Source of the DNA: Adineta vaga | Lineage: Eukaryota > Animalia > Rotifera | Direction: 5' to 3' | Length of the DNA: 64,000 nucleotides | NCBI GenBank assembly: GCA_021613535.1 | Contig: CP075494.1 | Coordinates: 14,074,001 to 14,138,000, forward strand | Part shown: positions 59,938-64,000 of the stretch, piece after piece | How the letters are laid out: every line of letters starts with the position of its first letter | How positions within the stretch are numbered: position 1 is the stretch's first letter | The notes under the pieces: model-generated | What the model was told of the DNA's origin: nothing | The model's database searches: none | What the model saw: only the letters and a program-made list of their open reading frames with translations | Translations under genes and position numbers: made by a program

Positions 59938-62900
59938 ATGGTTGATGGTATGATATATCAAATTCGTTAATTCAATTAATTTTATCTTTTCGATGTTTTT
60001 AGCTAGAACTGCTACACGTTGTTATTTTCAACAACTGACACAAGGTTGTGGTATGTAAAATTAACTTTTGCAATTCTTTTCTTTAAATTTGATTTCGTCT
60101 TTCATAGGAAATAATCAATGTTTAAATGTGTATTGCTCATCAAGTTCATCATTTAAATACGATCGAGAACATTTCAAAAATGCAAATAATGCAGCAGCTG
60201 AAGCAGTTAAACTTATACATGAACGTGGTTCAGCTTATTTAGATGAATACATGAATTCAAATTTATTTCTAATCGAAGATAATCTAGAACAATTCATAAA
60301 GAAATGTAAAGAAAACAATAATTTCGATTTACTTCAGAAATTAATTCATTCCGTTTTTTCGAATCGACAAAATCTTTCATCAAGTTTTCTTCGAAAAGGT
60401 TTTCCTTTGAATCTTTCACCAAATACCGATACATCATCAGCAAGTGCCACACCAAAAAGTGCGAATTTAACAATTCGAAATTCTTTGAATAACTTCGATT
60501 ATTTTTAGGTAGTTTCTTACATGATTCACGTATTACAATGGAAAATGATGAGGTAACATTAGATTTTGATATGATGAAACGAATGATTAAATTATTAATG
60601 TTATATGAAGATGAAATATCTTCAACAATAAATAATGCTATAGGTATTTTATTCAAACAAATTTATAATGAATTATCTTCATCAAAAAAACAAGAATTAG
60701 AAAATGATACAAATTTTTTAAATATCTTCTTTATTATCTTTCATTTACCATATCTATCCGATCCAACATTTATATATGAAATCGCCTATTCATTCTATTC
60801 ACTTTTCATAAAATTATCAACTGATTTACAAGCTAAATTCGTTCGAATTTTAGCCAAACATCAAACTGATCTAAGTGCGCATGTAGCACATGTACAACAA
60901 TATATTACCATGCATACACTTAGATGGTGTGATCATACGCAGATGCCGGATACCGACGGAGCACTTCTATCAACTGAACATGGTAAGCAACCCATCGGGC
61001 ATTGAAACAGACAATGTTTGCCTTTTTTTTCTCTCAATAGGAATGTATGAAGGATTAAATGTATTACGTATGTTATTCTATGCAAATCTTCTTGCGGGTG
61101 AACGTGATACAACAGAAATAATTGAAACGGAACGTGATAATGATCAAAAAATGGATGTTGAATTAGTTCATCGTCGTGAAGGACAGAATGAAGATCAAGG
61201 AAATAATGATAAACAAGAACAAGATAATGAACAACGATCACAACAAGAAACACAAGGACAATCACAACAACAGAATGAAAATAGATCTTCAGCAACAACA
61301 ACATCAACGACGACGACTAGTCCGACAAGACGAAATCGATCATTGAGTTTTTCTATGCGTACAACTACGAGTGAGCAAGATGAAATCGAATCAATCTATG
61401 AAAATCCTTTACAAATTAAACTTAATCTTGAACCTAATGAATATCGTCATGGATATTTATCATTTGATAGTTTCATAAACGAATGTGCCAATGAAAAGAT
61501 TGAAATTAACAAAGAATATTTGAATTTTGTTCAACAAAGACCTGATGCACTTCATTTTTCATTTATTTTATATCCATTTTTCTTATCAACAATTAATAAA
61601 ATTGGTAAGTTGAAAATCGAAGAAGAAAAATAAATCCTTCATTTTTATCGTTTAGCACTTCTTAATATTGAAAATAAAGTTCAAATGTATCGACAACGAC
61701 ATACATCATTTGTTCACAGTATATTCAGTGGTATTCGATTGGATCCATTCTTTAAATTATGTGTTCGAAGAAATCATTTGATTGAAGATGCTCTAATCGC
61801 TGTATGTTATCATCCCTCATTTTTCCTCAAGCAAGTTTTCTCTCTATAGAAGACAATTTATTTTGTCTAGCTCGAATATCAAGGTATCGAACAACCAGCT
61901 GAACTGAAAAAACAATTGTTCGTCGAATTCGAAGGTGAACAAGGACATGATGAAGGTAATTGAAGAAGAATAGAAAGTAATTCTTCATCAATACTTTCTT
62001 TTTCTTTTCAGGTGGTTTATCAAAAGAATTCTTTCAATTAATCACAGAACAAATCTTCAGTCCTGAATATGGTAAAATTTTCATTGAAATTCTTCATGAA
62101 AAATCTCGTCTGTTCTAGGAATGTTTATGGCTGATCCAGAAACACGTTCGCTATGGTTTAATCCTTCCGCACCGGAAGATCTCGAACGGGAATATACATT
62201 GATTGGCATGTTATTAGGTTTAGCCATTTATAATTCGATTATTCTTGATATTAAATTTCCACCTGTTCTTTATCGGAAATTAATGGGTAAAATTGGTACT
62301 TTTGAAGATCTTGAAACATCACATCCAGTAAGAATTTAATCATATAGTATCTCTTCTTACTATACGTTTTTGATTTAGACAATTTACCAAAGTTTAAAGA
62401 AACTTTTATCTTTTGATGAATTACAAGAGAATATGACTGTTGAAGATGCATTTGGTCAAACATTTCAAATTGGTATTACAGATGCGACAGGATCACGTGT
62501 TATATTTGATTTAAAAGAAGGCGGTGATTCTATTCCAGTGACTAGTGCTAATCGAGAGGTTAGTTGAGAAAAGAAAACGTTTTTCTTTCATAAATCTTTT
62601 CCTCTTTGATTTATAGGAATTCGTACGTCTTTACGTTGATCTTGTTCTAAATAAAAGTGTAGAAAAACAATTTCATCCATTCTTTCACGGTTTTCTATTA
62701 GTAACACGTGACAGTTCATTACGGAAACTTTTTCGACCTGATGAAATCGAATTACTCGTTGCTGGTAGTCAAGTTTTAGATTTCGATCAACTTGCTTCAG
62801 CTGCTGAATATGATGGTGGTTATACCAAAGATAGTCCAACAATTAAGTGCGTTTCTTCTTTCAAATGGTTAGATTTCATATTTCAATAAACAAACTTTTT

Positions 62901-63240
62901 CTCTTGATTTAGAAATTTTTGGAATGCCTTGGGAAGTTTTACAGAAGAACAAAAACGAAAATTTCTTCGATTTACGACGGGTAGTGATCGTGCACCGTGA
63001 GTATCATATATACTATAACATTGGCAATAGGTGTAACGTTTTGTTTTGTTTATATTTAGTATCGGTGGTTTAGCACGATTGAAATTGATTATATCTCGAA
63101 ATGGTCCCGATACTGATCGTTTACCAACAGCACATACATGTTTCAATGCTTTTCTTCTTCCTGATTATTCAACTATGGAGAAGTTACGTGAAAAACTTTT
63201 GATTGCAATCAATAATGCAGAAGGATTTGGTTTACTTTGA
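59938..63240 (+). CDS. UBE3A: HECT E3 ubiquitin ligase UBE3A/E6AP
   Basis: [23 protein letters not shown]; [10 protein letters not shown]; [26 protein letters not shown]; [11 protein letters not shown]; [16 protein letters not shown]; LPTAHTCFN; EGFGLL*. Confidence 0.95.
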
Positions 63241-63659
63241 AACAAAACAGAGAAAAAAAAAGAAGACTAATAATGAAAAGAACATTGCTGAATTCCTAGT
63301 CGATCTTTTCCTATGTGCTATTCTTGATTTGATGCTCACATACTTCAACATAATTACCTTTGTGTGTGTGTGTGTGTGTATATATCGAATGAGATTTTTT
63401 TCGAGGTATTTTCACATTCACTGTGATATAACTCTTCTTCTGTTTTTTTTTAATATAACTCAGAGTGTACGTGCGTGCGTGAAACGAAATTTAAACTATA
63501 TTAAACGTTGGCAAACATATTCACTTCTTATTGAAACGTTGAATCGAATATTTAAAGTATGAAAATCACTGTCGATAAGAATGATTCGATCAATTAAGTT
63601 TGTACATGTTTTAAATATTAGAGAAAAAAAAACGAAAAGAAATAATCATTTGGTTTATT

Positions 63660-64000
63660 TTAACGTTGAAAGATTTTTTCTCCAATAACTTTGATATCTG
63701 AATTAACACTTTCGATTTGTTCATTGATTAGATTTTCTATACGTTTTTCTAACATTGGATGAGTGAAATAACCTTAATTGAAAGAGATTAGTTTGTTTAG
63801 AAAAAGAAAATATAAGAAATCTACCAGCTGCAAATTGACGAATATCACTAGGTTTTTGTAAACAAGCTTGTCGAATGAAATCGCGCATCAATATGTTTAA
63901 TTCCGGATGTTGTTGGAGATACCGTTCATTTTCAATGCGTTTTTTAATCTAAAATAGATGAAGAAGCATTGAACAGAAGTTGATCAAATTAAATCAACCT
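63660..64000 (-). CDS. RIIAD1: RIIa domain-containing protein 1, 3' part only
   Basis: Exons ~63948-63825 and ~63772-63660 give IKKRIENERYLQQHPELNILMRDFIRQACLQKPSDIRQFAAGYFTHPML...QR*, an RIIa/DD fold pattern matching recalled RIIAD1. Confidence 0.8.

Overview
AT-rich, gene-dense eukaryotic DNA with mostly ~50-60 nt GT-AG introns. It is most consistent with a bdelloid rotifer; this is inferred from intron size, CGA/CGT Arg usage, a plant-type PLS PPR gene and an intronless chemosensory-type GPCR. About 22 protein genes can be modelled: MAP3K4-like (partial), a PRMT, a PLS-class PPR, KIAA0930, G-alpha-o, PSMG4, ARHGAP39, neuralized, an alpha/beta-hydrolase, HMGB/DSP1, MITD1, a giant SUEL-lectin/CUB receptor, PYCR, TMEM70, SPT16, a secreted repeat protein, EIF3J, a C2H2 zinc-finger protein, a GPCR, RNF141, ALYREF, UBE3A and RIIAD1 (partial). 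Features not in the ORF track include a mir-981/mir-76-family hairpin and a decayed GPCR pseudogene. Highlights: (1) a ~2308-aa receptor with eight SUEL+CUB units is nested on the SAME strand inside a 7.39-kb intron of MITD1, and all the introns involved are phase 1; (2) two operon-like clusters have 43-129 nt spacers with a polyA-signal / U-rich / AG / ATG layout, suggesting polycistrons resolved by spliced-leader (SL) trans-splicing; (3) a probably horizontally acquired plant-like PLS PPR gene sits inside one cluster; (4) there is an orphan secreted protein made of Cys-rich modules plus tandem amphipathic-helix repeats. Gene models were spliced by eye and family calls come from recalled motifs, not database searches.
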